This document shows positions 8,301 to 19,318 of a stretch of DNA of 40,824 nucleotides, piece by piece (within the stretch, counting starts at the first letter, position 1; every line of letters starts with the position of its first letter). Position numbers and translations under genes: made by a program. The notes beneath the pieces were generated by a model that was given only the letters and a program-made list of their open reading frames with translations, was not told the DNA's origin and searched no databases. Source of the DNA: Candidatus Peregrinibacteria bacterium CG10_big_fil_rev_8_21_14_0_10_42_8 (lineage in GTDB: Bacteria > Patescibacteriota > Gracilibacteria > Peribacterales > Peribacteraceae); NCBI GenBank assembly GCA_002772815.1, contig PFDQ01000022.1, forward strand, positions 1 through 40,824, read 5' to 3'.

Positions 8301-9812
8301 ATGTGTGGAATAATGGCAATCTCTGGCTATCAAGATATCATCCAAGACCTTTACGATGGCCTCATGCTTCTCCAGCACAGAGGTCAAGATGCAGCTGGAA
8401 TAATGACATACAACAACCAATTTCACCTAAAGAAAGCAAACGGAATGGTACGAGATGTCTTCCATGCAAAATCTCTCGCGAGACTCAAAGGACCAATGGG
8501 TATTGGACACGTTCGCTACCCAACTGCAGGGTGCAGCTCGGAGTTCGAAGCACAGCCATTTTTCGTTAATAGCCCATTTGGAATTGCGATGGCACACAAT
8601 GGAAACCTTACAAACCACAAGGAGCTCGCAAAAGAATTACTTGAAACAGAGTTTAGACATCTCAATACAAATTCTGATTCTGAAATCCTTCTTAATATGT
8701 TTGCCGTTGCTCTGCACAAGCAAAAGCCCAAAAACCTCACTCCAGACCATGTGTTTGCAGCATGTAAAACACTCTTTAAAAAGTGTAAAGGAGCATATAG
8801 TGCAGTTGCCCTCATTGGTGGGCATGGGATTGTTGCTTTTCGCGATCCTCATGGAATACGACCTCTGCAGCTTGCAAAAAGAAAATTTGGAATGAAAGAA
8901 GAGTTTATGATTGCCTCTGAAAGCAGTGCCTTTTACGGATTAGAATTTGAGTTTGTCCGAGATATTGAACCTGGGGAAGTTATCTTTATTGATAAGAAAA
9001 ACAAACTTCACAGTCGTATAGTTACTAAGGGGGAGCTCACTCCTTGCATGTTTGAATGGGTGTACCTTGCAGCACCAGATTCAACTATTGATGGTGTAAA
9101 CGTCTATAAGGCTCGTGTTCGAATGGGTGAGTACCTTGCAGACCAAATAAAGGCTGCAGGTATTAAGATAGACTCTGTTATTCCCATTCCAGATACTGGG
9201 AGGCCAGCTGCAACTGGACTCGCAGATAAACTAAAAGCGAGATACCGAGAAGGCTTTGTAAAAAATAGATACATCGGTCGAACATTTATTATGCCTGGAC
9301 AAAAGGTTCGCAAGCGAAGCCTGAAGTTTAAGCTCCACCCTATTGAGCTTGAATTCAAAGGAAAGAATGTTCTTCTTGTTGATGATTCTATTGTTCGTGG
9401 AAATACGAGTAAAAAAATTGTAGAACTCGTAAGAGAGGCAGGAGCAAAGAAGGTCTATTTTGCTTCCGCATCACCTCCAATTATTGGTCCTGATCCTTAT
9501 GGGATAGACCTTCCAACGACAACAGAGCTTATTGCTGGCAACAAATCTATTGAAGAGATTCGGAAATACATCGATGCAGATGGCCTTTTCTATAGCAAGA
9601 TAGAGGATATGCATAAGGCAATAACATACGGAAATAAGAAGATTACAAAGTTTTCAGAAGGGTGCTTTACAAAAAAATATCCAACACCAGAAGTAACACC
9701 AAAGCTTCTTAAAGAACTCGGATGCAGTCGAAACGATACACGAGGAGATGATGAGAGTGATGACGATGATGAAAAAGATGGTGATGGTAGTAAAACAATG
9801 AGCCTTGTATAG
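8301..9812 (+). CDS. purF: Amidophosphoribosyltransferase
   Basis: N-terminal MCG nucleophile, QHRGQD, GHVRY, HNGNL, PRPP loop VDDSIVRGNT. Confidence 0.98.
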   Translation: MCGIMAISGYQDIIQDLYDGLMLLQHRGQDAAGIMTYNNQFHLKKANGMVRDVFHAKSLARLKGPMGIGHVRYPTAGCSSEFEAQPFFVNSPFGIAMAHNGNLTNHKELAKELLETEFRHLNTNSDSEILLNMFAVALHKQKPKNLTPDHVFAACKTLFKKCKGAYSAVALIGGHGIVAFRDPHGIRPLQLAKRKFGMKEEFMIASESSAFYGLEFEFVRDIEPGEVIFIDKKNKLHSRIVTKGELTPCMFEWVYLAAPDSTIDGVNVYKARVRMGEYLADQIKAAGIKIDSVIPIPDTGRPAATGLADKLKARYREGFVKNRYIGRTFIMPGQKVRKRSLKFKLHPIELEFKGKNVLLVDDSIVRGNTSKKIVELVREAGAKKVYFASASPPIIGPDPYGIDLPTTTELIAGNKSIEEIRKYIDADGLFYSKIEDMHKAITYGNKKITKFSEGCFTKKYPTPEVTPKLLKELGCSRNDTRGDDESDDDDEKDGDGSKTMSLV

Positions 9813-9813
9813 C

Positions 9814-11139
9814 ATGAAGATTCTGCTTTTATCGCTGGCTGCTCGCGGACACGCAATTGCTGACGCATTATCAAGAAGTCCACAGAGTGCAGACATTATT
9901 TCACTCGTCCCTGCACGGAATGCTGGCATTGCATCACTTGCATCGGAGCAACATATTGTTGATCTCATGGATTTTGATTCAGTCCTAGATATAGCCAAAT
10001 ACGTACAGCCAGACTTTGCATTTGTGGCGCCAGATGACCCAATTGGTGCTGGTATTGTTGACGCTCTTGAAAGTATTGGCATTCAGTCCGTCGCCCCTAA
10101 GAAACAACTTGCACAGATAGAATCAAGTAAAGGGTTTACGAGAGATCTCCTTGCAAAATATTCTATCGATGCATCACCCGCGTATGCCTATATTACGGAA
10201 AAAAATGAAAGCCTTATACGTGATTTCATCGATAAACAAAAGGGTAACTACGTTGTAAAATATGATGCTCTCAAAGGAGGAAAAGGGGTAAAGGTTAGCG
10301 GAGAACATTTGGATAGTATTGATGACGGTGTTACGTATGCACTTGAATGCATAGAAGAATGTGGTCGTGTTGTCCTTGAAGAAAAGCTTATTGGGGTAGA
10401 GTTTAGCTTAATTAGCTTTGTCTCTGGTGCACACGTTGTCGATACTCCAGCAATCCAAGACCATAAAAGAGCATTTGCTGGTGACACAGGTCCAAACACT
10501 GGAGGTATGGGTACATGGAGCGATAGAGACCACAGCTTGCCATTTATTGCCTCATCAGATCTTGCAAGAGCGAAAGAGCTCAACCGTCTTACGGCTGCGG
10601 CATTACAAAAAGAATTTGGCGAACCGTTTAAAGGAATACTGTACGGTGGTTTTATTCTTACAAAAAAGGGGGTTCAGCTTATCGAATACAATGCACGATT
10701 TGGTGACCCAGAGGCTCTTAATATCCTGCCACTTCTTGAATCTGACTTTATTACTATCTGCCAAGGAATACTTGCAGGTGATTTATCAGAAGACATGGTG
10801 GCGTTTTCTAAAAAAGCCACAGTTTGCAAATATATTACACCGGAAGGATACCCAGAAAATAAAGATCAACGTGGACAACCCTTCTCTCTTCCTACACCTG
10901 GAAGTAATGCACGTATTTACCTTGGCGATGTCTCTGAAGGAAACGATGGCCAGTTGCTTCTAGGAGGCTCTCGTACAGCCGGCATTGTTGGGATAGGAGA
11001 TACTATTACAGAAGCAGAACACATTGCTGAAGAACTCTGCAAGCAGGTAAAAGGCCCAGTACGATACAGGTCTGATATTGGTACACAGGATCTTATTAAT
11101 AAACGGATTGATTTGATGAAGAGTATACGAAACGCGTAG
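9814..11139 (+). CDS. purD: Phosphoribosylamine-glycine ligase
   Basis: IESSKGF, QDHKR, GPNTGGMG, EYNARFGDPE, YRSDIG motifs; start at MKILL. Confidence 0.96.
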   Translation: MKILLLSLAARGHAIADALSRSPQSADIISLVPARNAGIASLASEQHIVDLMDFDSVLDIAKYVQPDFAFVAPDDPIGAGIVDALESIGIQSVAPKKQLAQIESSKGFTRDLLAKYSIDASPAYAYITEKNESLIRDFIDKQKGNYVVKYDALKGGKGVKVSGEHLDSIDDGVTYALECIEECGRVVLEEKLIGVEFSLISFVSGAHVVDTPAIQDHKRAFAGDTGPNTGGMGTWSDRDHSLPFIASSDLARAKELNRLTAAALQKEFGEPFKGILYGGFILTKKGVQLIEYNARFGDPEALNILPLLESDFITICQGILAGDLSEDMVAFSKKATVCKYITPEGYPENKDQRGQPFSLPTPGSNARIYLGDVSEGNDGQLLLGGSRTAGIVGIGDTITEAEHIAEELCKQVKGPVRYRSDIGTQDLINKRIDLMKSIRNA

Positions 11140-11149
11140 AGTACAACGT

Positions 11150-12466
11150 ATGCGTAAAAATATATCAACAATACTCATACCATTTGTCTATTTTATAGCA
11201 GGTGCCACAGGCATCGCTTCTGTTGCTACAACATTTTACTACAAAGATGACTTACTTCTTAGCCCTGCACAGGTTGCAATTCTTGGCTCTATTTCTATTA
11301 TTCCGTGGAGCATTAAACCACTCTATGGTTTCTTTTCTGACAGAAAAGCCATTTGGGGTTTTCGTAGAAAGCCATACTTGTTCCTCTCAGGTCTTATGGG
11401 TGCTAGTGGGTATTTCTCTATGGCAACATGGGTGAACTCATTTCATAGTGTCATAGTTGCACTGTTTATCTCTGGTATGGGATTTGCACTTGCAGATGTC
11501 ATTGTTGATGGGATTGTTGCCGAGAAGAGCAAAAACCAAAAAGATGCAGGGAAGCTTCAGAGTATCTGTAGGGCATCCATTATGATTGGCGCATTCCTTG
11601 TCGCTTATCTTTCTGGAATTCTTGTCGAAGCAATAGGGCCACGAAACGTTTTCTTTCTTACAGGTGCCTTGCCACTCCTTACAAGCATACTGGCGATTGT
11701 AATGACAGAAGACAAATCAGCTATTGAAATCTTTTCTCTTAAAGAAACATGGCGAAAATTTACAGATGCCATGACACGGGATTTGTTGTGGACAATTCTA
11801 TTTATCTTTGTATGGAGGGCGACACCAAGTAGTGGAGGTGGTCTCTCGTATTTTATGATTGATGAATTAGGATTTGATCCAGAGTTTTTTGGTCGCCTCA
11901 GCATGATATCTCATGCAATGAGCATTGTTGGTGTTCTTGCATTTCGAAAATTCCTGATAAGTGTATCGCTTCGGAAGCTCTTCTTTTGGGTAATCATTGC
12001 AAGCGTTGTGCTAAGCATGCCAAGTATTGGCCTTGTGTATGGATGGTATGAGATCATTGGCGTAAGCCCACGGTTCTTTGCTCTTGCGGATACATTTATA
12101 TCAGCACCTCTTACGGAAATTGCCTTCCTTCCACTTCTCGTGCTTGCAGCACGGCTCTGCCCTAAAGGCATAGAAGCAACCATGTTTGCTGTCCTCGCTT
12201 CTATTATGAATATTGGATATGCATTATCAGACCTTGGTGGAGCATGGCTTTTAAACCACTTCAATGTTCACCAAGCAATGGGTGATATTGCCGCAAACTA
12301 CGAACAACTCGATATTGTACTCTGGATTGCAATACTCAGTAGCTTCCTTCCAATGCCATTTATTATGATGCTTCCAGAGGTACGCGTCACAGAAGAGCTT
12401 ACCAGTAGCTCTAAAGAAGACACTGTAGGCTCTGTTCTTGGTACAGAGAAAAAAGATATAGCGTAA
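11150..12466 (+). CDS. Folate/biopterin (BT1/FBT) family MFS transporter
   Basis: PWSIKPLYGFFSD, RRKPY, DVIVD and ARLCPKGIEATMFA motifs of the BT1 family; 10 nt downstream of purD. Confidence 0.9.
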   Translation: MRKNISTILIPFVYFIAGATGIASVATTFYYKDDLLLSPAQVAILGSISIIPWSIKPLYGFFSDRKAIWGFRRKPYLFLSGLMGASGYFSMATWVNSFHSVIVALFISGMGFALADVIVDGIVAEKSKNQKDAGKLQSICRASIMIGAFLVAYLSGILVEAIGPRNVFFLTGALPLLTSILAIVMTEDKSAIEIFSLKETWRKFTDAMTRDLLWTILFIFVWRATPSSGGGLSYFMIDELGFDPEFFGRLSMISHAMSIVGVLAFRKFLISVSLRKLFFWVIIASVVLSMPSIGLVYGWYEIIGVSPRFFALADTFISAPLTEIAFLPLLVLAARLCPKGIEATMFAVLASIMNIGYALSDLGGAWLLNHFNVHQAMGDIAANYEQLDIVLWIAILSSFLPMPFIMMLPEVRVTEELTSSSKEDTVGSVLGTEKKDIA

Positions 12467-12584
12467 AAATTGTATATTTCTCTCAGTACATAGAATCTTC
12501 CTGGAAGACTTCTTCAAGAGCACGCTGCTGAGACACAGGAAGCATCTCTACAAAATCGGTGTAAGACATGTGAGATGTCAATTC

Positions 12585-13649
12585 CTATTCAGCACCAACT
12601 GCAGCCAATTTATCGAGTTGATCTTGCTGAATAAGGGCATCGATAATTTGCTTAATACCTCCTTCCATAATACCTGGAAGGTTGTTGAAACTCTGGTTAA
12701 TACGATGGTCTGTAACACGGTCTTGCGGGTAGTTATATGTTCGAATCTTCTCACTTCTGTCGCCAGAACCAATCTGCCCTAGTCGCATATCACCTCGCTC
12801 TTTTGCGAGTCGCTCTTGCTCTGCTGCATAAAGCCTTGATCGAAGAACACCCATAGCTTTGAGCTTATTTTTTAACTGAGACTTTTCATCCTGACAAATA
12901 ACAATAATGTCTGTCGGTATGTGCGTAATACGAACTGCTGAATCTGTCGTGTTAACCGACTGTCCACCTGGACCACTTGACCGAAAGATATCAATTCGTA
13001 GATCTTCATCTCTAATCTGGATGTCTACTTCTTCAGCTTCTGGAAGGATAGCAACAGATGCTGCACTTGTATGAACGCGTCCTTTGTTCTCTGTCGCAGG
13101 AATACGCTGTACACGATGTACACCAGACTCAAACTTTAGCTCTCCATATGCACCGACTCCATCGATCTTACAGACCACTTCCTTCACCCCTCCACTTTCA
13201 GAATCTCTCTTATCCATAAGTTCTGCTGTCCAACCTCGCTCTTCTGCGTATCGCAAGTACATACGAAGCAACTCTCCTGCAAAGATCGCTGCCTCATCTC
13301 CACCTGTTCCAGCACGAATTTCGAGGATAACAGACCTATCATCATCAGCATCTTTTGGAATAAGAAAGAGTTTCATTTCTTCTTCAAGCTCTGGTAGTTT
13401 TTTCTTTGCAATTTCTGCTTCTGCTTCTGCCATTTCTATCATCTCAGGGTCTTCACCCGCTTCTTTAACGAAATCGATTGCAGCCTGGCATGCCTCATAC
13501 TCTTTCATCATTCCAAGTAACGGGCGAAGATCAGACATTCTTTTTCCGATACGAGCAATGTGCTTTGGATCGCTCAATACCTCTGGACTTTGCATTTTTT
13601 GCTCAAGTTCTTTGTATTCACCAGCCAGTAGTCGTAGCTTATCAATCAT
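12585..13649 (-). CDS. prfA: Peptide chain release factor 1
   Basis: [18 protein letters not shown] (RF1 PxT), GGQ, IRTYNY; real start MIDKL at 13649. Confidence 0.97.
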   Translation of the reverse strand: MIDKLRLLAGEYKELEQKMQSPEVLSDPKHIARIGKRMSDLRPLLGMMKEYEACQAAIDFVKEAGEDPEMIEMAEAEAEIAKKKLPELEEEMKLFLIPKDADDDRSVILEIRAGTGGDEAAIFAGELLRMYLRYAEERGWTAELMDKRDSESGGVKEVVCKIDGVGAYGELKFESGVHRVQRIPATENKGRVHTSAASVAILPEAEEVDIQIRDEDLRIDIFRSSGPGGQSVNTTDSAVRITHIPTDIIVICQDEKSQLKNKLKAMGVLRSRLYAAEQERLAKERGDMRLGQIGSGDRSEKIRTYNYPQDRVTDHRINQSFNNLPGIMEGGIKQIIDALIQQDQLDKLAAVGAE

Positions 13650-13656
13650 ACAATAA

Positions 13657-14727
13657 TTAGTATTTTCTCTGCTTTGTATCAAATTGGTAACAATACTTGC
13701 CCACTGGATGGTTCCAAAAGATATCAAACCTCTCTTGTAGGAGGAAGTTAAAGGTGGCACATAACTCAAAATGACTCGAATCAATGATTGTATAATCGTA
13801 TTGAATACCAGTTTCAGGATCATGAATATTTGGCAATTGGTAGAGTGCTTTGTCTAGCACCTCATCGAGTGTTTTTGGAATCGGGAGCACAGGATGTTCG
13901 ACTTCTGTTGGATCTTTCGGCGTACGATCATCATAGACAATTGAGAAAATTGTTGATTGAATTTGTCGAAGATCACTAAGGCGTGCGTCATCAAATTTCT
14001 GCTGTCTTCCTGTTGCTGGTGACCCGACAATCAAAATTCCCCACACAACTGCTAGACCTATGACGCTAGATGTAAAACCGAAAAACTTCTTATTCAAAGA
14101 TTTTGTCTTAGAAACAGCTGTTTTTAACGACAGGAAATAATAGGTAAACGTTGCCCCAGCAAGAATAAAGACTACTGCTACCTTTAGAAGGAACCGTACA
14201 GAAAGTTCTCCTTCAAGGAGTGAAAAGACTAACGTTATAAGATTAACCATTAATGTTGATGCTGCAACAAAGAGTGTGATGTATGTCAGCCATCGACGTA
14301 TGCCGCTCCACGCCTTTTGCGGATGAGAGACAATATCTTTATGTATCAAACGAGACATCCACAAGAGTAGTGGAAATGCGACGATTATTGCAGCCATGCT
14401 CATTCTAATACCAGAGAAATCTTGATTTTGGCTATACATAGATTCTGTAACATCTGGAAACGCTCGATTGATATACTGAAAGAACAGAATAATCAAACTA
14501 ATGACCATTGTGTACAGTGCAGCGAAACTTAACAGGTGTAAGAACGCCTCTCTAGCCCCTCCTACATCTGGCGGTGTTGGAACCTCCATATCTAGCCCTT
14601 CAGAGCTTAAGGCTTGAGCAATCTCCTTTTCCTTCCAACCAGAAGACAGTAATAACATACGAATTGTTGAGTGATCCATCCCTTTTTTTCTTGCATGCGC
14701 GATAAAATCTTCCAAAGTAGTACTCAT
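13657..14727 (-). CDS. DUF5671-like membrane protein
   Basis: About five TM segments, [15 protein letters not shown]...DDARLSDL and C-terminal FELCATF...HPVGKYC pattern. Confidence 0.65.
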   Translation of the reverse strand: MSTTLEDFIAHARKKGMDHSTIRMLLLSSGWKEKEIAQALSSEGLDMEVPTPPDVGGAREAFLHLLSFAALYTMVISLIILFFQYINRAFPDVTESMYSQNQDFSGIRMSMAAIIVAFPLLLWMSRLIHKDIVSHPQKAWSGIRRWLTYITLFVAASTLMVNLITLVFSLLEGELSVRFLLKVAVVFILAGATFTYYFLSLKTAVSKTKSLNKKFFGFTSSVIGLAVVWGILIVGSPATGRQQKFDDARLSDLRQIQSTIFSIVYDDRTPKDPTEVEHPVLPIPKTLDEVLDKALYQLPNIHDPETGIQYDYTIIDSSHFELCATFNFLLQERFDIFWNHPVGKYCYQFDTKQRKY

Positions 14728-14813
14728 AAAGAAAATGTTGAAAAAAATAGATTGATCCAATAATAGACTATTTTAGTACTCACGTATGTAATAATTCCAG
14801 TATTCTACACATA

Positions 14814-15890
14814 ATGAAGATTATGGTTGCTATGTCCGGCGGTGTAGATTCCTCTGTTGTTGCTCATAAACTTAAAGAAGAAGGGCACGATCTTATAGGT
14901 GTAATGATGAAGCTATGGGTAGACCCCCTTGCTCCTGAGGTGCGCCGCATGCTCCCATCGAAGTGTTGTTCTATAGAACACATCAATAGGGCCCGTACAG
15001 TCTGTGAAAGCTTAGGTATGCCGTTTTATGTTATGAACCTTGAAGAGGACTTTAAATCTGAAGTTGTTGATCCCTTCATTGAAGATTATCAAGCTGGAAA
15101 AACACCAAATCCCTGTATTAACTGCAATAGAGATTTAAAATTTGGAAGACTTCTTCAGAAAATGAAAGATCTTGGCTGTGAAAAACTTGCCACTGGCCAC
15201 TATGCAAAGGTAATGAAAGATGATCAAGGTGTATATCACCTTCATGAAGCAACGGATCTACCAAAAGATCAAAGTTATTATCTCTATGGACTATCACAAG
15301 AACAACTCAGCAATGTTATTTTTCCACTTGGTGATCTTCATAAGACAGAGACCTTTGCGCTCGCACAGAAATACAATGTCCCCATGAATAGTGATTATCA
15401 CGAAAGCCAAGACCTCTGCTTTTTTCCAGAAAAAGAACCAAAAGAATTCTTGAAGCGATACATAACCGACATGGAACCAGGCGATATCAAACTTGAAGAT
15501 GGAAGCACAGTGGGCACACATGAAGGCTTGCCCCTCTATACAATCGGCCAACGACGAGGGCTTGGCATTGGCGGACTTATTATTCCACTACACGTTGTGC
15601 GAAAAGAGACAGATACGAATACTATTATTGTTGCACCAAATGGATCTGACCATACACAAAGCCTTGAGGCAGATGCGCTTAAATGGATTTATAAAGAGAT
15701 TGATCGACATATCGATTTTGAATGCATTGTTCGAATCAGCTCACATGGACAGCGATGTCATGGGGTGGCAAATCACAATGGTGAAACATTAAAATTTGTC
15801 TTCTCCAAGCCAATAAGAGGAATAGCTGCTGGGCAGTCTATTGTGCTTTATAACGAGGATGAGATCCTTGGTGGCGGAGTTATTGTTTAG
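14814..15890 (+). CDS. mnmA: tRNA 2-thiouridine(34) synthase
   Basis: SGGVDS, TPNPCINCN, ATGHY, KDQSY, SQDLCF, YTIGQRRG. Confidence 0.98.
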   Translation: MKIMVAMSGGVDSSVVAHKLKEEGHDLIGVMMKLWVDPLAPEVRRMLPSKCCSIEHINRARTVCESLGMPFYVMNLEEDFKSEVVDPFIEDYQAGKTPNPCINCNRDLKFGRLLQKMKDLGCEKLATGHYAKVMKDDQGVYHLHEATDLPKDQSYYLYGLSQEQLSNVIFPLGDLHKTETFALAQKYNVPMNSDYHESQDLCFFPEKEPKEFLKRYITDMEPGDIKLEDGSTVGTHEGLPLYTIGQRRGLGIGGLIIPLHVVRKETDTNTIIVAPNGSDHTQSLEADALKWIYKEIDRHIDFECIVRISSHGQRCHGVANHNGETLKFVFSKPIRGIAAGQSIVLYNEDEILGGGVIV

Positions 15891-15949
15891 ATGGTACAAT
15901 CATATTCTTATCCCTACTAAAACTCTTTGTTTTTTGCTATAATAAAAGG

Positions 15950-17209
15950 ATTCCTCTCTTTTCTCACCAAGACTGGCAAAACGATGACGATGAACGAGTT
16001 CACATTGATGAAACTGGTCATATCTATATTCATAGCAAAGAGACAGATCCAAAGCTTGTGATGCAACCTCTGTATGAAGACATTGAAGATATCACTATCG
16101 TACGTACAACAGAATGGCAAATTACTGAACAAGATGAAGTAATTCAATCTGCCCGAAAAGAAGAACGGCAGTCTGAAAAAACAGAACAACTTGTTGATGT
16201 CTTAAAAAATGTTCGTAGTAGCATCCTAAACAATACAAGCTCTGTTTTAAATGAAGGAAAAAATCAATATGTTCATAGCTATCATAGAGCAACGTTTCAT
16301 TTGTCTGATATTCAAAAAGCAGTAATTCAAGGAATGAAATCCTTATGGTCTTTCCTTTCACAACCAGTATGGGTGATGCGCAAAAACAACTCTGCAAAGA
16401 AGTACAATCGCGGAACGCTCTTCATGCTTGATGCAATTCGTTTTGGAGGGACCTTCTCAGCGATTTTTGTAGGACTCTTTGTATCACTCAACTATCAAAG
16501 CTTCTATCAGATTATCACTCCGTATCTCGACCCTGTAGAGCGCATCTCAACTGCGAATGGCTCTGTTTCTGATATTGATAGTGCCCTAAAAGATAAGCTT
16601 ATGAAAAGCCCTATGCTTGCGACCGCAGGACGTGAAGAAGGAAATTTACTCAGCTATCTCCCAAATGTTGGACCACCAGAAAATAGAGTTATCATCCCAA
16701 AGCTTGGCCTAAACGTGCCTCTTGTTACCCCTTCCTATAACTCTCTCCTCAAAGAAGACTGGGAAGGTGTTGAAGAAGACATTCAAGATGCCCTACAACA
16801 TGGTGTAGTTCATTACCCAGGAACAGCAAGGCCTGGACAGGCTGGGAACTTCTTTATTACTGGTCACAGCTCGTATTACCCATGGGCAGATGGAAACTTT
16901 AAAACTATTTTTGCGAGACTACATGAGCTGGAAATTGGTGATGAATATTGGGTGTATTATGGCGGTGATAAACATCGTTATGTCGTCATGAGTAAAAAAG
17001 AAGTAAAGCCATCTGATGTTACTGTCTTAGACCAGCCTACCAATAAACGTGTCTCAACTATGATGACATGCACGCCAGTCGGTACCACGCTTCGTCGTCT
17101 TATTGTTCAATCACAAGAGGTGGATTCTGTTACAGGAGTTGCCCTTCAAGTTGGAGAAAAAGAAACACGCACTGTTCAAGATGCCTTACCATCGGCTCTA
17201 CCAATCTAA
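15950..17209 (+). CDS. Sortase (class D/E-like) with long N-terminal extension
   Basis: GNFFITGHS (His), TMMTCTP (Cys), RRLIV (Arg) and one TM segment. The ORF track starts at GTG 16058; the frame is open upstream and I infer an ATT start at 15950. Product call is firm, start codon is uncertain. Confidence 0.88.
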   Translation: MPLFSHQDWQNDDDERVHIDETGHIYIHSKETDPKLVMQPLYEDIEDITIVRTTEWQITEQDEVIQSARKEERQSEKTEQLVDVLKNVRSSILNNTSSVLNEGKNQYVHSYHRATFHLSDIQKAVIQGMKSLWSFLSQPVWVMRKNNSAKKYNRGTLFMLDAIRFGGTFSAIFVGLFVSLNYQSFYQIITPYLDPVERISTANGSVSDIDSALKDKLMKSPMLATAGREEGNLLSYLPNVGPPENRVIIPKLGLNVPLVTPSYNSLLKEDWEGVEEDIQDALQHGVVHYPGTARPGQAGNFFITGHSSYYPWADGNFKTIFARLHELEIGDEYWVYYGGDKHRYVVMSKKEVKPSDVTVLDQPTNKRVSTMMTCTPVGTTLRRLIVQSQEVDSVTGVALQVGEKETRTVQDALPSALPI

Positions 17210-17269
17210 AGAGAATACCTTTCATAGAATGGATTGCTTCTTTAGAATAGCGATGATCTTTTTCATATA

Positions 17270-17355
17270 GCCGCAGTGGTGGAATGGTAGACACGAGGGA
17301 CTTAAAATCCCTTGGGCATTAGCCCGTACTGGTTCGATTCCAGTCTGCGGTACCA
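17270..17355 (+). tRNA. tRNA-Leu(UAA)
   Basis: Acceptor GCCGCAG/CTGCGGT, anticodon arm AGGGA-CTTAAAA-TCCCT, long variable arm, GGTTCGATTCC T-arm, encoded CCA. Confidence 0.97.
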
Positions 17356-17415
17356 AGTTTTTGAGTATAGCCAAATATATCTTTATATGTTATAATATAT
17401 AAAGAAACACACATT

Positions 17416-18402
17416 ATGTACTCAAAAACATTATCATTGCCGTTTCTAGGCACAGACAGACGAGCAAGAGTGACCACAGTTGGTTGGATTATGCTATTTG
17501 GTGCAATCATTGCTGGTTCGACATCCACCACATTCGCAAAAGAATTAAGCACAGCGTTCTCCCCTCTTTCACTACTTGTTTTAAGTGAAATGATTGTTCT
17601 CACTTTTACTATCTTATCATTTGGGTTTTTCCCTCTTTTAAAGGAAGTTCTTTCTATTAAAAAGAAATATATTCCAGCACTTCTACTCGTTGGATTTACC
17701 AATAGTATTGTTGCTCCAATACTGGTCTTTACGGGGCTTCATATGACCCAAGCGGTCAATGCAGAGCTCTACTTACGAAGCTACAGCTTTTTCCTCTTTA
17801 TCTATGCGGCAATCTTTCTTAAAGAAAAAATCACACGGACAGACATGTTCGCACTCCTATGTATGACTATTGGTATATGCATTGTTGCTTTGCGTGGTTT
17901 TCAAGGAAGTTTGACAATAGCACCTGGAGACCTCCTCGTTCTTTCTGGCGCTATTGTTTATGCTATAGGTGGAATTATATTTAAAGTAAAACTTCATAAG
18001 CTTCACTCAGAAGTTGTGCTCTGTGTACGAGGTATGATTGCTATATCATTTTTCTTTTTATTTTCACCTTTTACAGAAACGGTGATTATTCATGAAATTC
18101 GATCCTTCCCACTTGCACTTTTAGGGTCACTTCTTGGGTATGGCTTTATTGCTCGATTTCTGTATATGTTTGGATTCTATGAAGCTGTTGAGAGACTAGA
18201 AGTGCATACTGTATCACTTCTTCTTCCACTTATCACTGTTGGGAGTTTAGTATTTGCGCACTTACACCTTGGTGAGGCCATCTATTGGTATCATATTGTT
18301 GGAGCAGGATTCCTCATTATGGGTTCTATTGTTATGAAATACTCTTCACCAAAAGCACATCTTGAAAGGGAGATGCGTCACACAAACAGGCAGCACGTTT
18401 AG
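17416..18402 (+). CDS. EamA/DMT family transporter
   Basis: About ten TM segments in two repeats ending FLKEKI and HLGEAI; GDLLVL linker. Confidence 0.88.
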   Translation: MYSKTLSLPFLGTDRRARVTTVGWIMLFGAIIAGSTSTTFAKELSTAFSPLSLLVLSEMIVLTFTILSFGFFPLLKEVLSIKKKYIPALLLVGFTNSIVAPILVFTGLHMTQAVNAELYLRSYSFFLFIYAAIFLKEKITRTDMFALLCMTIGICIVALRGFQGSLTIAPGDLLVLSGAIVYAIGGIIFKVKLHKLHSEVVLCVRGMIAISFFFLFSPFTETVIIHEIRSFPLALLGSLLGYGFIARFLYMFGFYEAVERLEVHTVSLLLPLITVGSLVFAHLHLGEAIYWYHIVGAGFLIMGSIVMKYSSPKAHLEREMRHTNRQHV

Positions 18403-19238
18403 TTTCCGTAGACCTGAAAGCCAAGAGAAAATATTTTTGCTGTTTCTGCTCTATTGACAGAATCCTCTGGTCCAAAGAGGCCTGTTGGATTTCCGAGTTC
18501 ATCACTGTACCCTGCAATAATCCCCTTCCCTGCAGCGGTCTCTATTGCTGCTGCATATGGGGTAACTGTTGTGACATCATTAAATACACTTCCAGACCGA
18601 GGAGAAATACGCGCACCAAATGCCTGCAATACGGTAACTACCACGTCAGTTCTTGTGGCTGGACGAGTCACATCTACAGTCCCTTCGGAAAAAATAGCCC
18701 ACTTACGGTTTTCTGCACACTGAATATACCGTTCTGACCAACGCCCCATTACAGATTCATTTTTTATTGTGTTATCACACGTATACATATCAATGCGTGC
18801 TGCAAGAGTTGCCATTTTGGCTAGCTGCTCAATTGTAACACTATCTGCAGGGCCAAATTCTCCTGTCGGCCTATTGTGAGTATCTCTATATCCAGAAATA
18901 AGATTACGTTCAGCAGCGTCTCGAATATATGGAGCGAACCACTCAAATAGTGGAACATCGTTTAGGCGCACTGGTACACCATCAACTTTTATTGTGACAT
19001 GTGTATCACTTAGATCAAAAGAGTCTGTCGGATCCTCTTCTTCTTCATCGACAGGAAATAGTTCTTTTTGCGATTCTCGTTCTGCATCTTTTATGTCTTG
19101 ATCCGCGAATGATGCATCCAATTTTATGACATCCTCGTAAAGCTCTATATCTGTTATTAACTTTTCCCACTCACCAGCATACACAACAGGAGAAACCATA
19201 TTTAAAGCCAAAAATATTATCCATACGTTTCTTCGCAT
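18399..19238 (-). CDS. SLH (S-layer homology) domain surface protein
   Basis: Signal peptide MRRNVWIIF...VYA, acidic segment, SLH-like repeats (DVPLFEWFAPY...ISGY...FGP, TRTD, FNDV...IAGY...VNRAE). Start refined to 19238. Confidence 0.85.
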   Translation of the reverse strand: MRRNVWIIFLALNMVSPVVYAGEWEKLITDIELYEDVIKLDASFADQDIKDAERESQKELFPVDEEEEDPTDSFDLSDTHVTIKVDGVPVRLNDVPLFEWFAPYIRDAAERNLISGYRDTHNRPTGEFGPADSVTIEQLAKMATLAARIDMYTCDNTIKNESVMGRWSERYIQCAENRKWAIFSEGTVDVTRPATRTDVVVTVLQAFGARISPRSGSVFNDVTTVTPYAAAIETAAGKGIIAGYSDELGNPTGLFGPEDSVNRAETAKIFSLGFQVYGN

Positions 19239-19318
19239 GGACATCATGGTACGTCTAAACAGACTTTTGCACAAACTACTTGCCGAGCGGTGGATAGATA
19301 GGTAGGCTCCATCGGAAC

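Noticed and set aside
12483..12569. 28-codon minus-strand ORF MSYTDFVEML... and short palindromes after prfA
   Set aside because: Too short, no homology or expression signal; compatible with chance.
13650..13823. N-terminal extension of prfA in the ORF track
   Set aside because: It overlaps the upstream same-strand gene; RF1 similarity begins at MIDKL.
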